Assembly: GCA_005789565.1 (NCBI GenBank)
Contig: SXXL01000016.1
Location: 4,745-68,744 of the forward strand
Length of the DNA: 64,000 nucleotides
Direction of reading: 5' to 3'
Origin: Bacteroidota bacterium
GTDB lineage: Bacteria; Bacteroidota; Bacteroidia; Chitinophagales; Chitinophagaceae
The notes beneath the pieces were generated by a model. The model worked only from the letters and a program-made list of their open reading frames with translations, was not told the DNA's origin and ran no database searches. Position numbers and translations under genes: made by a program. This document shows positions 35,614 to 45,924 of the stretch, in pieces. Each line of letters opens with the position of its first letter. Position 1 is the stretch's first letter.

Positions 35614-36803
35614 TACCGGAACGGGTTACTCCATTTCTCACTCGTATACACCCCATTTCCGGTGAGGGTGCGTAAGAATGCCATCACGGCATCTACTTCT
35701 GTTTGATTCAGATTTAATTGTTGTCCGACGCCATTGGGGCGAAGCCGTGGATCCAGTCGGGTATTGCCTGGAGCCAGGTTGATCTGTCCGTAATGGCCGA
35801 TGACGGCTTGCAGGGAGCGGAGATTGCCGGTGTGCATCATTGGTCCGTTCGGCTGACCATTCGATCCTGCCAGATCTCGCAAGGAAGGCGAACGCGTATT
35901 ATTGATATCAATGCCCTGTCCGTTTAACACCCCGATGATTCCGTTATTGCCACTATTGGGATCGATGTCGAATTCCGGCGCAGCGTGACAGCCACCACAT
36001 CCCAAACCACCACCCATCCGTACCCCATTGGGATTGAATTGGGGCGGTGCGAGAAATAAATTTTTTCCCATGTTCTCCTGCTGCGTGAAATTCGGAAAAG
36101 GTTGCTGTTCTTGCGCAACCTGTACGCGACCGACGTCATATTTCGAATCGAAGGATTGAATGCTGCGCACGAATTGCGACAAACATTCCTGCATTCGGGG
36201 TTCCGTCACGTTTTGATCGCCGTATACGAACTGGAACAATTCTTTATAATATCCGATGTTGGATAATTTGGTGAGTAAGGCCGCGAGGTTAGGTCGGCCG
36301 TTCAGTCCGCTGAACCCCATCTCCGCATGATCCTGAATGGGCTTGGTGGTCTGCTGCTCCAACGTAGCGGCACGCTCATCCCAAAAAAACTTCACCTCGT
36401 TGGCAAATCGGGCATTGATCAATCGCATGGAATGTCGGCCGGTGCGTCCATTCTGTACTCCTAAACTGGCAATGGCCGTATCCCCAAAAGCAAATTGTTG
36501 TATGTGGCAACTGCCACACGCGATGGTGTTATCAATGCTAAGCTGTTTGTCGTAGAACAAGACCCGTCCCAACGTTGCCTTGGCATCGGTAATGTTATTT
36601 CCGGCGGAATTGTCCTTGTTAATATAGACCGGCTTGCCCTGATTGGCGTAATTGGCCAGGTTATTGGGGTCGATGCGCGTACCGAAAGTGGCCTGAATGG
36701 CGGCATATGGATCTTGGTCGCCCCCATTCTTATTACACCCTAAAAAGCTGATTACCAGCGATATAAATAAAAAAATACGAAAGTTTACAGGGATTTTAGG
36801 CAT
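35613..36803 (-). CDS. Di-haem cytochrome c peroxidase / MauG-family protein (lipoprotein)
   Basis: 396 aa with lipobox LGC and two haem-binding CxxCH sites (CGSCH, CGGCH). Confidence 0.85.
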   Translation of the reverse strand: MPKIPVNFRIFLFISLVISFLGCNKNGGDQDPYAAIQATFGTRIDPNNLANYANQGKPVYINKDNSAGNNITDAKATLGRVLFYDKQLSIDNTIACGSCHIQQFAFGDTAIASLGVQNGRTGRHSMRLINARFANEVKFFWDERAATLEQQTTKPIQDHAEMGFSGLNGRPNLAALLTKLSNIGYYKELFQFVYGDQNVTEPRMQECLSQFVRSIQSFDSKYDVGRVQVAQEQQPFPNFTQQENMGKNLFLAPPQFNPNGVRMGGGLGCGGCHAAPEFDIDPNSGNNGIIGVLNGQGIDINNTRSPSLRDLAGSNGQPNGPMMHTGNLRSLQAVIGHYGQINLAPGNTRLDPRLRPNGVGQQLNLNQTEVDAVMAFLRTLTGNGVYTSEKWSNPFR

Positions 36804-36891
36804 AGGGTCTGTATAATTCTATATAGACGGAAAAAAGTATCGCTTGTTTAAGCGAAAGGTACAAGAAATGTTGGAGAACCGGGGAAGCCGA

Positions 36892-37305
36892 TCAGCAGAT
36901 CGAAAGGATCCATTCTCGGCAAAATTGCTTGACCTGCTCCCGTACTTCCCGAAACGAGGCCTGTATATCTTCCTCGCTGCCGGTGGCTTTGGCCGGGTCC
37001 GGAAAATTTTGGTGCACCCGAATGGCGTTACCGGGGAAAACGGGACAAACCTCACTCGCATGATCACAGACGGTAAGGATATAATCAAACAAAAGATGCC
37101 GGTATTCATTCAGGTTGTTGGAGGTGTGACCTGATATGTCGATGCCATCCTCTTTCATCGTGGCCACGGCCCGCGGATTCACCCCGTGCGTTTCCACACC
37201 TGCACTGAACACTTCCACGTCATCTCCTCCGAAATGACGGAGATAACCCTCCGCGATCTGGCTGCGACAACTGTTTCCGGTACAGAGTACCAGGATTTTT
37301 TTCAT
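36892..37305 (-). CDS. arsC: Arsenate reductase ArsC-type low-molecular-weight phosphatase
   Basis: 137 aa. CTGNSCRSQ P-loop plus downstream Cys residues (TVCD...CP) of the thioredoxin-coupled ArsC type. No other ars genes lie nearby. Confidence 0.7.
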   Translation of the reverse strand: MKKILVLCTGNSCRSQIAEGYLRHFGGDDVEVFSAGVETHGVNPRAVATMKEDGIDISGHTSNNLNEYRHLLFDYILTVCDHASEVCPVFPGNAIRVHQNFPDPAKATGSEEDIQASFREVREQVKQFCREWILSIC

Positions 37306-37385
37306 GCTCCAAAATTATAAAAATCGCTCCGCTACAACTTTGCGGCGCCAAACTTGTTTATGGATTTAACCATTTGATAATCTGC

Positions 37386-39830
37386 ATGCTACTTAGATCT
37401 TTACTCCTCTCTTTTGGTTTGTTATTGCTTGGGTGGACGGCCGAGGCTCAGGGTCGCATCAGCGGCCGCGTCATTAACCGAAATACCCAGGAAGCATTAC
37501 CTCGCATGAATCTTTTGCTGGAGCCCGGAAACCGAAAGGCAAGCAGCGATAGTACCGGAGCCTACCGGATTGCCGATTTGAAACCCGGTGTCTATACCCT
37601 TACCGCCAGCGGGGTGGGCTATCTGACCCGCGTGTATGCCAACCTGGTGATCACCTCCGGAAATGAGATCGTGCTGGAGATTGAAATGGATCCGTCCGTC
37701 AAAGAATTAACCGGCGTTTCCATTGGTACTAAAAAGAATACGGCCAAAGCCGCTACGCTGGAAAGTCCGCTTAGCATTCAGCGCCTCACCACCGAGGAGA
37801 TCCGGGCCAATCCCGGCGGCAATTTCGATATCAGTAAAGTGATCCAATCCCTTCCCGGAGTGGGTGGAGGTGTTTCGGGCGGCAGTTTCCGAAACGATAT
37901 TCTGATCCGTGGTGGTTCTCCGTCGGAAAATGTTTTTTATTTGGACGGGATCGAAGTGCCCATCATCAATCACTTCAGTACGCAGGGGAGTGGCGGCGGA
38001 CCACAAGGCATTCTCAATGTCAGCTTCATCGAAGAAGTAAAACTGAGCACATCCGCATTCGACGCCAAATACGACAACGCGCTGAGCAGTGTATTTCAAT
38101 TCAAACAAAAAAACGGTAATACGGAGAAGTTGCAGGGAAATTTTAGGTTGAGCGCTACCGATGCGGCGATCACGCTCGACGGACCACTTTCGAAGAAAAC
38201 AACTTTTCTGGCCTCGGCCCGCCGGAGTTACCTGCAATTTTTATTTGAGGCGATCGATCTGCCGATCCGTCCCAATTACTGGGATTTTCAATTCAAATCT
38301 ACCACGCGCCTCAACGACAAAACGACGTTCAGTGTTTTGGGGATCGGGGCCATCGATGAATTCAGTTTCGGGGTTCCCCGAGAAGCCACACCTGAAAAAT
38401 TATATGTGCTGAACAGCAATCCGCTGATCCAGCAAAAAAGTTATACCGTTGGCGCTACGCTCAAGCGATTGATCGCCGGAGGCTATTGGAATCTATCTCT
38501 GAGTCGAAACCGATTGAACAACGAGGCGGATAAATACGAGGATAATCAAGACCCCGACAATACGCCCCGCACGGCACAGATCCGCAGTTTGGAGACCGAG
38601 AACAAACTTCGCTGGGAGGTCGTGCGCAATCGCAAGGGACTCAAGATGAGTTACGGGGCCGTCTTACAATTTGTTCAATTTGATAACACGTTTTATCAGT
38701 TGCTGCGTCCACAAATTGTGGACGGAAGCGGAACGGTGGTGCAACCGGCATTGTTCATCAATAGCCTGACCGATCTCGGGTTTTGGCGCTATGGTGCTTT
38801 TGCGCAGGTAGGCGGCCGATTGCTTGATGATCGGTTGGCCTGGAGTGGTGGTGTTCGGGTAGATGCTAATAATTTGTCGAACAGTGAGTCAAATCCCCTG
38901 CGGCAGTTCAGTCCCCGTATCAGCCTCAGCTACGCCCTCGCCGAAAAATGGAACGTGAGTACGAGCTATGGTTTGTATTACCGCTTGCCTTCTTATACGA
39001 TGTTGGCCTACCAAAATCCGGCTAGCAGCAGCAGTCTCCTAACGAATCCGGGCGATTATATCCGAAGCACGCATTGGGCGGCCGGTGTGGAGTTTTTACC
39101 CGACCTGTTTACGCGTGTAACGTTGGAAGGTTTCTATAAAGGGTATTCCAATTATCCCATCAGCACGATCGATGGCATCAGTTTGGCGAATAAGGGAACG
39201 GATTTTGGAGCGGTCGGCAATGAACCCTTATCCGCTACCGGTGAGGGAAGGGCATACGGAGTAGAGGTGTTGTATCAACAAAAATTGACCAAGCGAATCT
39301 TTGGCGTGTTCAGTGGTACTTTTTACCGCAGTGAGTTTACGGGATTGAACGGCATTTTTGAGCCGGCGAGTTGGGACAACCGGGTGCTGATCAGTTTGAC
39401 CGGCGGGTACAAATTGAAAAAGAATTGGGAAGTGGGCATGAAGTTTCGCTATCAGGGTGCCGCGCCGTATACGCCGTATGATCCGGTAGACAGTCGTTTC
39501 AGCTATCAGCTGTTGGGAGTGGGGGTATTTGATTATTCGAAGCTGAATACGTTGCGATTGCCGGCCTTCCATGCGGCCGATCTTCGGATCGATAAAAAAT
39601 GGAATTATCGGAAGGTGACACTCGATTTGTTCCTGGACATTACGAATGTGTATGCGGCCAAGGCGGCGGGCATCCCACAGTATACGTTCAAGCGGACATC
39701 CGACAATACCGCGTTTGCCACAAGCGACGGAGCGGCACTCAAACCCGACGGAAGCAATGCCATCCCGGTGTTGTTGGACAACCGGGATGGACGCACTTTA
39801 CCGACGTTGGGAGTGATCGTGGAGTTTTGA
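37386..39830 (+). CDS. TonB-dependent receptor with a carboxypeptidase-regulatory-like N-terminal domain
   Basis: ATG at 37386 (the track start at 37374 is TTG). Signal peptide, an RISGRVINRNTQEALP CarbopepD_reg-like segment, a plug region, and a C-terminal beta-barrel ending in F. Confidence 0.85.
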   Translation: MLLRSLLLSFGLLLLGWTAEAQGRISGRVINRNTQEALPRMNLLLEPGNRKASSDSTGAYRIADLKPGVYTLTASGVGYLTRVYANLVITSGNEIVLEIEMDPSVKELTGVSIGTKKNTAKAATLESPLSIQRLTTEEIRANPGGNFDISKVIQSLPGVGGGVSGGSFRNDILIRGGSPSENVFYLDGIEVPIINHFSTQGSGGGPQGILNVSFIEEVKLSTSAFDAKYDNALSSVFQFKQKNGNTEKLQGNFRLSATDAAITLDGPLSKKTTFLASARRSYLQFLFEAIDLPIRPNYWDFQFKSTTRLNDKTTFSVLGIGAIDEFSFGVPREATPEKLYVLNSNPLIQQKSYTVGATLKRLIAGGYWNLSLSRNRLNNEADKYEDNQDPDNTPRTAQIRSLETENKLRWEVVRNRKGLKMSYGAVLQFVQFDNTFYQLLRPQIVDGSGTVVQPALFINSLTDLGFWRYGAFAQVGGRLLDDRLAWSGGVRVDANNLSNSESNPLRQFSPRISLSYALAEKWNVSTSYGLYYRLPSYTMLAYQNPASSSSLLTNPGDYIRSTHWAAGVEFLPDLFTRVTLEGFYKGYSNYPISTIDGISLANKGTDFGAVGNEPLSATGEGRAYGVEVLYQQKLTKRIFGVFSGTFYRSEFTGLNGIFEPASWDNRVLISLTGGYKLKKNWEVGMKFRYQGAAPYTPYDPVDSRFSYQLLGVGVFDYSKLNTLRLPAFHAADLRIDKKWNYRKVTLDLFLDITNVYAAKAAGIPQYTFKRTSDNTAFATSDGAALKPDGSNAIPVLLDNRDGRTLPTLGVIVEF

Positions 39831-40445
39831 TCAGTTACGCTTGGGCGTAACGATGTAGCCGCCTTCTCCCATTACGATTTGATAGGGGACGGACTTCATG
39901 TTATTGGTATCGCCTTTGAAGGGGAACTGACGGATCAGCACATTGTTTTCAATGGCAAACCGATCGTGTCCTTCATATCCGTCAAAAAGTTTACCGGGTT
40001 GTTTATCGTTCAGGTCCATTTCCGGAAAGAACATCAGGGAAAGGGATTTGTCTTTGTTGGAAGAAACGCCCAAGAGATTTCCGTAGGAACCGGAGCCGGC
40101 ACTGGTCGTAACAAAATAGACCTCATCGAATCCGTTTTTGTCGAGGTCGCCTGCAACGGTCGCGGAGACCGGATCCACATCGGTAAAACGCATGGCATTG
40201 GCGCTGTCGCCTTGAAAATAGACCTTGAGGTCGCTCAGGCTGGCGCCTTTCGGATGTGATTCAACGATCGTGATCATTTTGCCGGTTCGGGTTTGTACCT
40301 CCCACACCCGTGGCATGGGGTAGCTATCACTGGATACGGTGGTTGAATCGGCTTTCTTTTCCGCGGTTGTGTTGGTTTGAGAAGCGGGTTCGCAGGCGGT
40401 CCATATACCGGCCGCCATCACCCATACAAGCAGGTTGAATTTCAT
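39831..40445 (-). CDS. Hypothetical lipoprotein
   Basis: The ATG at 40445 gives MKFNLLVWVMAAGIWTAC, a lipobox-like signal. One FG-GAP-like DLDKNGFDEV segment. Its stop abuts the TonB-dependent receptor stop. Confidence 0.5.
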   Translation of the reverse strand: MKFNLLVWVMAAGIWTACEPASQTNTTAEKKADSTTVSSDSYPMPRVWEVQTRTGKMITIVESHPKGASLSDLKVYFQGDSANAMRFTDVDPVSATVAGDLDKNGFDEVYFVTTSAGSGSYGNLLGVSSNKDKSLSLMFFPEMDLNDKQPGKLFDGYEGHDRFAIENNVLIRQFPFKGDTNNMKSVPYQIVMGEGGYIVTPKRN

Positions 40446-40502
40446 GAGGAGGTTTATTTTCTGCACGAAAATAGCTCGTCGACCTCTTAAGGAAAGGATA
40501 AA

Positions 40503-40658
40503 CTATTCGAATTCCAGTTCGTTCACGAACTGATCCCAGGAAAAGATGAGGTATTCCAGGGGGGTGGCAGGCGCCGCATAGGATTCGAGCATGAAATCGC
40601 CCTCTCGCGCTTCTGCCAGTATTTGATTGGTAATCTGCCTATTATCACCCAGTTGCAT
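40503..40658 (-). CDS. Possible small ORF (51 aa, acidic)
   Basis: Read by eye from the minus strand as MQLGDNRQITNQILAEAREGDFMLESYAAPATPLEYLIFSWDQFVNELEFE. It fills an otherwise empty 235-nt gap but has no known motif. Confidence 0.25.
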   Translation of the reverse strand: MQLGDNRQITNQILAEAREGDFMLESYAAPATPLEYLIFSWDQFVNELEFE

Positions 40659-40701
40659 GATATAATAACACCCAACCACCCAAAAGGTTCAAACTCCCAA
40701 A

Positions 40702-41604
40702 CTACTCTTTAGCTCTGTTGAGCCGGTCGTTGAGTGTTCTGCCCAGTCCTTTTTCAGGGAAGTAGCTGGCAATCAATCGGTCGTATCCTGATTGGTCGAG
40801 GTGTTTCAGTCGGGCATAAAAGATCGGTGCTATTGCTTCGGGATCTTCTTGTCCGCTAAGGAAAACTCCGATCCGTTCTTCGGGGTGTGTTTGCAGGAAG
40901 GAATCGATATCATCGACCAGGATCAGGGGTGTTTGGGGGGAGTAATGTTTTTTAGCCATGCCCGGGGCCAATACCGACGGATTATCTCGGTTTTTGATCT
41001 GCACCTTGCCGGAAACGGCCTCCAATTCTTCCACCGACAGGGAGCCCAGTCGGTACACGACCACTTGATCATCTTCGCTGCCTACGATCGTTGATTCCAA
41101 TCCTTTTTCGCAAGCGCCACCTTGCAAGACGACCGGAATTTGCTCACCGAAATAGGCTTCAACCTCTTCGGCGCGGGTGGGACTGATCCGGGTATACGGA
41201 TTGGCGCTGGGGGCCACGAGGGGAAAGTCGAGTTGATTCAGCAATTCCAGCGTGAGGGGATGATCGGGTATGCGGATGGCGACGCGGTCGGATCCTGCGG
41301 TAACTACATCTGGTATGCGATCGGATTTTTTTAGCAGTAGGGTAAGGGGGCCGGGCCAGAAATGTTCGGCCAGTTTACGAAGGGGTGCCGGGAATTCCGT
41401 CACTAAGTCTTCTGCTTGTGCGATCGATCCCACGTGAACGATCAGCGGATTGGTAGCGGGGCGTTGTTTGATGGCATAGATCTGTTGTACGGCTTGGGGA
41501 TCGAAGGCATTGCCGGCCAGTCCGTACACGGTTTCCGTGGGCAGTCCAATGACTTGTCCGCGTTGAAGATGTTCGCGGGCGATGGAGAGGTCGCGAGTGA
41601 TCAT
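40702..41604 (-). CDS. L-threonylcarbamoyladenylate synthase (Sua5/YwlC type, with Sua5 C-terminal domain)
   Basis: 300 aa. Contains GQVIGLPTETVYGLAGNA, NPLIVHV and APSANPY motifs. Confidence 0.9.
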   Translation of the reverse strand: MITRDLSIAREHLQRGQVIGLPTETVYGLAGNAFDPQAVQQIYAIKQRPATNPLIVHVGSIAQAEDLVTEFPAPLRKLAEHFWPGPLTLLLKKSDRIPDVVTAGSDRVAIRIPDHPLTLELLNQLDFPLVAPSANPYTRISPTRAEEVEAYFGEQIPVVLQGGACEKGLESTIVGSEDDQVVVYRLGSLSVEELEAVSGKVQIKNRDNPSVLAPGMAKKHYSPQTPLILVDDIDSFLQTHPEERIGVFLSGQEDPEAIAPIFYARLKHLDQSGYDRLIASYFPEKGLGRTLNDRLNRAKE

Positions 41605-41632
41605 GTAAGACTTTTGTTCGGGTGTGCTGGTA

Positions 41633-42595
41633 TTACTCTTCCCATCTACGGTTCGAAGTGGTCTGTACTGGCAGGTCGAAGTAGAAGGTGGTGCCGATTG
41701 GCTGACTATTATCGAGTTGGATCTTGCTTTTCATTTGCTGCGCGATCATATCGGAGATGATCAGCCCCAGACCGGTGCCGCCGTATCGACGGGTAATAGT
41801 GGAATCGCCTTGCAGGAATGGTTTGAACAGATTCATTTTTTGTGCTTCGGTAATGCCGATGCCGGTATCTCGGACGGCGAACCGAATAAATCCCGTGGTC
41901 TCGGATTCGGGTGTGTAGGTGGTGGTCATCACTACTTCTCCGGTTTCGGTAAACTTGACCGCGTTACTCAGGAGGTTGGTGAGTATCTGTTGTAGCCGTA
42001 GTGGGTCGGTCGAAATGTATCGGGGTGTTTGAGGATCGATCGATGTTCGGATGGGGAGTGATTTTTGTCGGGCCGGCAGTTGTACGAGTTGCAGGCTGTT
42101 TGACAGGATGTCGGATAAATCTGCCTGCATCCATTCCAGTTCCATTACACCGGCCTCCATTCTGGAAAAATCCAATACGTTGTTCACGATACCCATTAAG
42201 ATCTTGGCCGAGCTCATAGCCTGTTCCAGGTGTTCGGATTGGTCTGGTGAAAGTGGTTTTTTGCTCAGCAGTTCAATATAACCCATCATGCTGTGCAGGG
42301 GGGTCCGGATCTCGTGGCTGATATTAGCAAGCATTTCCGACTTGGCTTGATGGGCCGCCTCTACGAGCTTGAGCGATTGATCTATGTCTTCCAACAATCG
42401 ACCAAAATTTCCAATCAATTGTTGCTCGTTTTCGGGAAGTTGTTTGATTGAATCGGTCAGGGAAAAGCGGGTCCATTTGGCTGAGGCCAAGTTGACCCGG
42501 TTGGCCGTTTCATCCGGAGGTGAATCACGTAGTGCATTTAATATCTCGATCAGCCGATCCGACCATTCTGATCTATTATCTGTGAACTTGATCAT
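41633..42595 (-). CDS. Cytoplasmic sensor histidine kinase (HisKA + HATPase_c), no adjacent response regulator
   Basis: 320 aa. H-box SHEIRTPLHSMMGY, an N-box, and G-boxes (DTGIGI, GGTGLGL). Confidence 0.8.
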   Translation of the reverse strand: MIKFTDNRSEWSDRLIEILNALRDSPPDETANRVNLASAKWTRFSLTDSIKQLPENEQQLIGNFGRLLEDIDQSLKLVEAAHQAKSEMLANISHEIRTPLHSMMGYIELLSKKPLSPDQSEHLEQAMSSAKILMGIVNNVLDFSRMEAGVMELEWMQADLSDILSNSLQLVQLPARQKSLPIRTSIDPQTPRYISTDPLRLQQILTNLLSNAVKFTETGEVVMTTTYTPESETTGFIRFAVRDTGIGITEAQKMNLFKPFLQGDSTITRRYGGTGLGLIISDMIAQQMKSKIQLDNSQPIGTTFYFDLPVQTTSNRRWEE

Positions 42596-42624
42596 TTGTT
42601 CCTAAAAGTAATTAATCTGGGCAG

Positions 42625-43983
42625 TTAACGGTCGAGGGCTCGGGCATAAGTTTTCAGGGCCTGGCCGCGGGATGTTTCATTGAATCTTCCTTGATCGTAG
42701 ACCAGGTTGCCGTTGACGATGGTTTGCGTTACCTGGTTGTGGAACGTGGTGCCATCGAGGGGCGACCAGCCGCATTTGTACAGAATGTTCTGGGGGCTGA
42801 CCTGCCAGGTGCTGTTCAGGTCGACCAGCACCAGGTCGGCGTAATATCCTTCCCGGATAAATCCTCTGTCCTCAATTCGATACAGGGTGGCGGGATTGTG
42901 ACACATCTTCTCGACGATCTTTTCCAGCGATATTTTTCCTTGGTGGTGAAATTCGAGCATCACGTTCAGGGCATGTTGTACCATTGGGGCGCCTGACATG
43001 GATTGAAAATAGGGTTTGTCTTTTTCGGCCCAGGCGTGTGGGGCATGGTCGGTGGTGATGATATCGATGCGGTCATCGAGCAGGGCTTGCAGCAAGCCTT
43101 CTTTATCTTGTTCGGTTTTGATGGCTGGATTCCATTTGATGCGGGTACCGAGTCGGGCATAGTCCTTGTCGCAAAACCAGAGGTGTTGCACGGCTACTTC
43201 GGTGGTGATCTTCTTTTTGCTTAGGGGGATATCATTCCGAAACAAAGCTGTTTCGGCGGCGGTGGTCAGGTGCAGGATATGCAACCTTGCCTGATGTTTG
43301 TTTGCCAGTGCGATAGCTTGTTGGGTGGCTTCGTAGCAGGCTTCGGTGCTTCGGATCAGCGGATGGCATTCGATGGGGACGGCCTCTCCGTATTTTTCCC
43401 GATATGCCTCTTCATTTTTTTCAATGATCTGTTCTTTTTCGGAGTGGATGGCGATGATGGAGGGGCAGTGGGCGAAGAGTTTTTCGAGTGTTTGCGGGTT
43501 ATCGGCCAGCAGGTTCCCTTTTTTGGTGAAATAGAGTCCGTCGTCCGATACCGCCAGCAGTCGCGATGTATCCAGTTGAAGCACTTCGTCGAGGTTATCG
43601 CCGTTCACGCCGAGGAAGAATCCGTAGTTGGCCAGTGATTTTTCGGCGGCGATCCGATATTTCTCGTTGAGTGTTTCCATCGACAGCACGTTGGGCAGGG
43701 TGTTGGGCATGTCGATGAAGGAGGTGGTACCGCCGGCGATAGCGGCTTTGCTTTCGGTGTAGAGGTCGGCTTTGTGGGTGAGGCCGGGGTCGCGGAAGTG
43801 GACTTGTCCGTCGATCACCCCCGGGAAAAGATATTTACCGGCACCATCGATTACCATCTCGGCGTCGATATCGGAAAGGGATCCGATCTTTTCGATCCGT
43901 TCGTTTTGTATCAGAACATCGCTTTGAATGATCTTACCCTCATTGACGATCGACGCATTTTTGATAAGTATGGAGGTTGTCAT
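42625..43983 (-). CDS. Dihydroorotase-type cyclic amidohydrolase
   Basis: The ATG at 43983 (MTTSILIKNASIV...) avoids overlap with the upstream gene. PGVIDGQVHFRDPG and the other metal-binding motifs are present. Confidence 0.8.
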   Translation of the reverse strand: MTTSILIKNASIVNEGKIIQSDVLIQNERIEKIGSLSDIDAEMVIDGAGKYLFPGVIDGQVHFRDPGLTHKADLYTESKAAIAGGTTSFIDMPNTLPNVLSMETLNEKYRIAAEKSLANYGFFLGVNGDNLDEVLQLDTSRLLAVSDDGLYFTKKGNLLADNPQTLEKLFAHCPSIIAIHSEKEQIIEKNEEAYREKYGEAVPIECHPLIRSTEACYEATQQAIALANKHQARLHILHLTTAAETALFRNDIPLSKKKITTEVAVQHLWFCDKDYARLGTRIKWNPAIKTEQDKEGLLQALLDDRIDIITTDHAPHAWAEKDKPYFQSMSGAPMVQHALNVMLEFHHQGKISLEKIVEKMCHNPATLYRIEDRGFIREGYYADLVLVDLNSTWQVSPQNILYKCGWSPLDGTTFHNQVTQTIVNGNLVYDQGRFNETSRGQALKTYARALDR

Positions 43984-44002
43984 GTCGATCGGTTGCGGGG
44001 TA

Positions 44003-44962
44003 TCAAAAATAGAGTACGTAGAATTTGGAGTCGTTGCTGAGTCGCAGGGTGGGGGCGGGTACTTTGACAAAATTCAGGATCTTGGCGGCTTGTTGCCAGC
44101 CTTTGCGTTTGGGTAGGATCTCGCGAAAATCGAGGTCGGGTGCGAGATAGAATTCATATCCGCCTTTTCCGTAGTCACTTTCACCGTTCGGCATACGCAA
44201 ATAAAAAAGATTCAGTCGGTCATCCACTCCGAATCCGACGGAGATGCCCAGCCATTTCGGCCAGTTGGTGTTGGGCCGATAGCGGTGGGGATTGAAGGTG
44301 AGCCAGTAGGTTTGATTGATGTAGTCGTCGGTGAAATAATTTTTACCGGTCACTGTTTCGTAGATATTATTTCGTTTGAAGTAGCTGAATTTCACATCGA
44401 CGGCCGACAGGAATTTACTTTTCGTTTGGAGGTAGGGGTAGAAACTTCCCAGTGATCCTGACAGCAGGTCATACACACTGAACCCCCACCGTGGCGAGAA
44501 GCCGTCCTTGTATTCGATGAATCCTTGTATAGCGGTCCCGAAGATCCCGCTCCAGAGGTATCGTTTGTCGGTATTCATGCCGGCCCATTGCAGTCCTTTT
44601 GCGAGTAATTCCGCACTGAGCAGGCCCCCGTAAAAATGCCCTACCTTATCGAGGTTCTTGGCATATTTCCAATCTCGTCCGCGCCGGAATATATCCTTCA
44701 ATTGTTTACCGCCATCGAAGTGAAAGGAGGTTTTGCCTTCCGACCACCAGGTTTTTTTCAGGTAGATGTAGGAGCCGGCCAGGGCGAAGGTGGTTGATCC
44801 ACCGATGATCAAAAATCTTTTTTGGTTGAAGGTATCGTCGGCTTGCAAGGAAAACGTGGCCGGGTGGTGGGTAGTGTCGGTGTGCAGGAGGCTGTCGGTT
44901 GCTCCGGATCGCTGAGGAGTCAATAAACTGATACAGAGGATGAGGCGTAGCAGATGTTTCAT
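44003..44962 (-). CDS. DUF2279-like exported protein
   Basis: 319 aa with a signal peptide. The LDKVGHFYGG segment resembles the DUF2279 (YfiM-like) core. Confidence 0.45.
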   Translation of the reverse strand: MKHLLRLILCISLLTPQRSGATDSLLHTDTTHHPATFSLQADDTFNQKRFLIIGGSTTFALAGSYIYLKKTWWSEGKTSFHFDGGKQLKDIFRRGRDWKYAKNLDKVGHFYGGLLSAELLAKGLQWAGMNTDKRYLWSGIFGTAIQGFIEYKDGFSPRWGFSVYDLLSGSLGSFYPYLQTKSKFLSAVDVKFSYFKRNNIYETVTGKNYFTDDYINQTYWLTFNPHRYRPNTNWPKWLGISVGFGVDDRLNLFYLRMPNGESDYGKGGYEFYLAPDLDFREILPKRKGWQQAAKILNFVKVPAPTLRLSNDSKFYVLYF

Positions 44963-44989
44963 ACAACAGGGCGAAAGTTACGAAAAGTC

Positions 44990-45085
44990 GGCCCCCTCCT
45001 AACCTCCCCCCTTGGGGAAGGTACTCTCCCAATCATTATTTCTCCCTCCCCTTGGGGGAGGGCTGGGTGGGGCTATTCGCGGACG
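44990..45085. repeat. C/G-tract intergenic repeat, copy 1 (internally duplicated)
   Basis: GGCCCCCTCCTAACCTCCCCCCTTGGGGAAGG...CCCTCCCCTTGGGGAGGGCTGGGTGGGGCTATTCG. It contains a perfect 8-bp stem with a 3-nt loop at 45044-45062. Confidence 0.7.
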
Positions 45086-45092
45086 GTAGTTA

Positions 45093-45854
45093 TTAGTTCG
45101 TAGTGATCGCGTCCCAGAGTCCGTAGCGTAGTTCGAGGGCTTGTTGGGCGGCTTGTTCGGCTTCTTTCCATTTTTGTTCGTCTTGGCCGCAGAGTTCGGA
45201 TACCATTTCGATGGCGAGGTGGCTGTGATGGTCGCCATCGACTTCGATGTGTCGCTCGATATAATATTTGAACGTAGAAACCTTGTTGGGCATTTCCGCA
45301 TAGAGTTGTTCCAGCAATTTGTGGAACATGGAGGGGATCAGGTCTTCTCTGCCAAACGTGAAAACGGCGGCTTGGACGTGTGCCGGAGCATTTAACGCCA
45401 CCTCAAACGTGAAGCATAAAAATCGCTTAACCTGGTCCGGTATACTCGCTTCTTCAATGGCCGGGCGAATGGGTGTGCCGGATTTGATCTGATCCAGTAA
45501 TGCTTCGATACCGGCAGTATCGGCTTCCATTTGGTGCATGGCCTTCAGGTATAGTTCGAAGTGACTTATGCGTTCTCCCGCTTCATCCACATCTGATTCT
45601 TCTCCGAGTACGATCTCATTGATGAGGTAGCGAGTGGCGGGAGATCCTACCGGAACCCAGGGGATGGTTACGGAGGTAAGTGCGATTTGAAGGGATTTGA
45701 GCAGACTCATAAAGTCCCACACGGCATAAACATGTATCTGGGCGAAGTTTTGCAGACCGTTCAGGTCGTTCAATTGGGTATAGGCCGGGTGCACCAGCAA
45801 GTTGGCCCGCACCGGCTCAATGGCCTGCTTCAGTTCGATGATTCGTGGGTTCAT
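45093..45854 (-). CDS. DUF3050 domain protein (haem-oxygenase-like fold)
   Basis: 253 aa. Contains HVYAVWDFMSLLKSLQ...PWVP...INEIVLGEESD...SHFELYLKAM, which matches my recollection of the DUF3050 pattern. Confidence 0.65.
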   Translation of the reverse strand: MNPRIIELKQAIEPVRANLLVHPAYTQLNDLNGLQNFAQIHVYAVWDFMSLLKSLQIALTSVTIPWVPVGSPATRYLINEIVLGEESDVDEAGERISHFELYLKAMHQMEADTAGIEALLDQIKSGTPIRPAIEEASIPDQVKRFLCFTFEVALNAPAHVQAAVFTFGREDLIPSMFHKLLEQLYAEMPNKVSTFKYYIERHIEVDGDHHSHLAIEMVSELCGQDEQKWKEAEQAAQQALELRYGLWDAITTN

Positions 45855-45924
45855 AGAATCGCTATAACACAGGCTTTTCTATTTTGTTCGGTCTGGCGAT
45901 GAAGGGGATCTATCTCTCGTTTGG

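Noticed and set aside
36892-37305. An ArsC-type gene as a marker of an arsenic-resistance island.
   Set aside because: No arsR, arsB/acr3, arsA or arsD lies adjacent. It appears to be a stand-alone low-molecular-weight phosphatase/ArsC-type gene between unrelated genes.
43984-44070. A 29-aa N-terminal extension of the dihydroorotase ORF (MSKYPPPPCDSATT...).
   Set aside because: It would overlap the 3' end of the upstream DUF2279-like gene. The conserved amidohydrolase N-terminus starts at the ATG at 43983.
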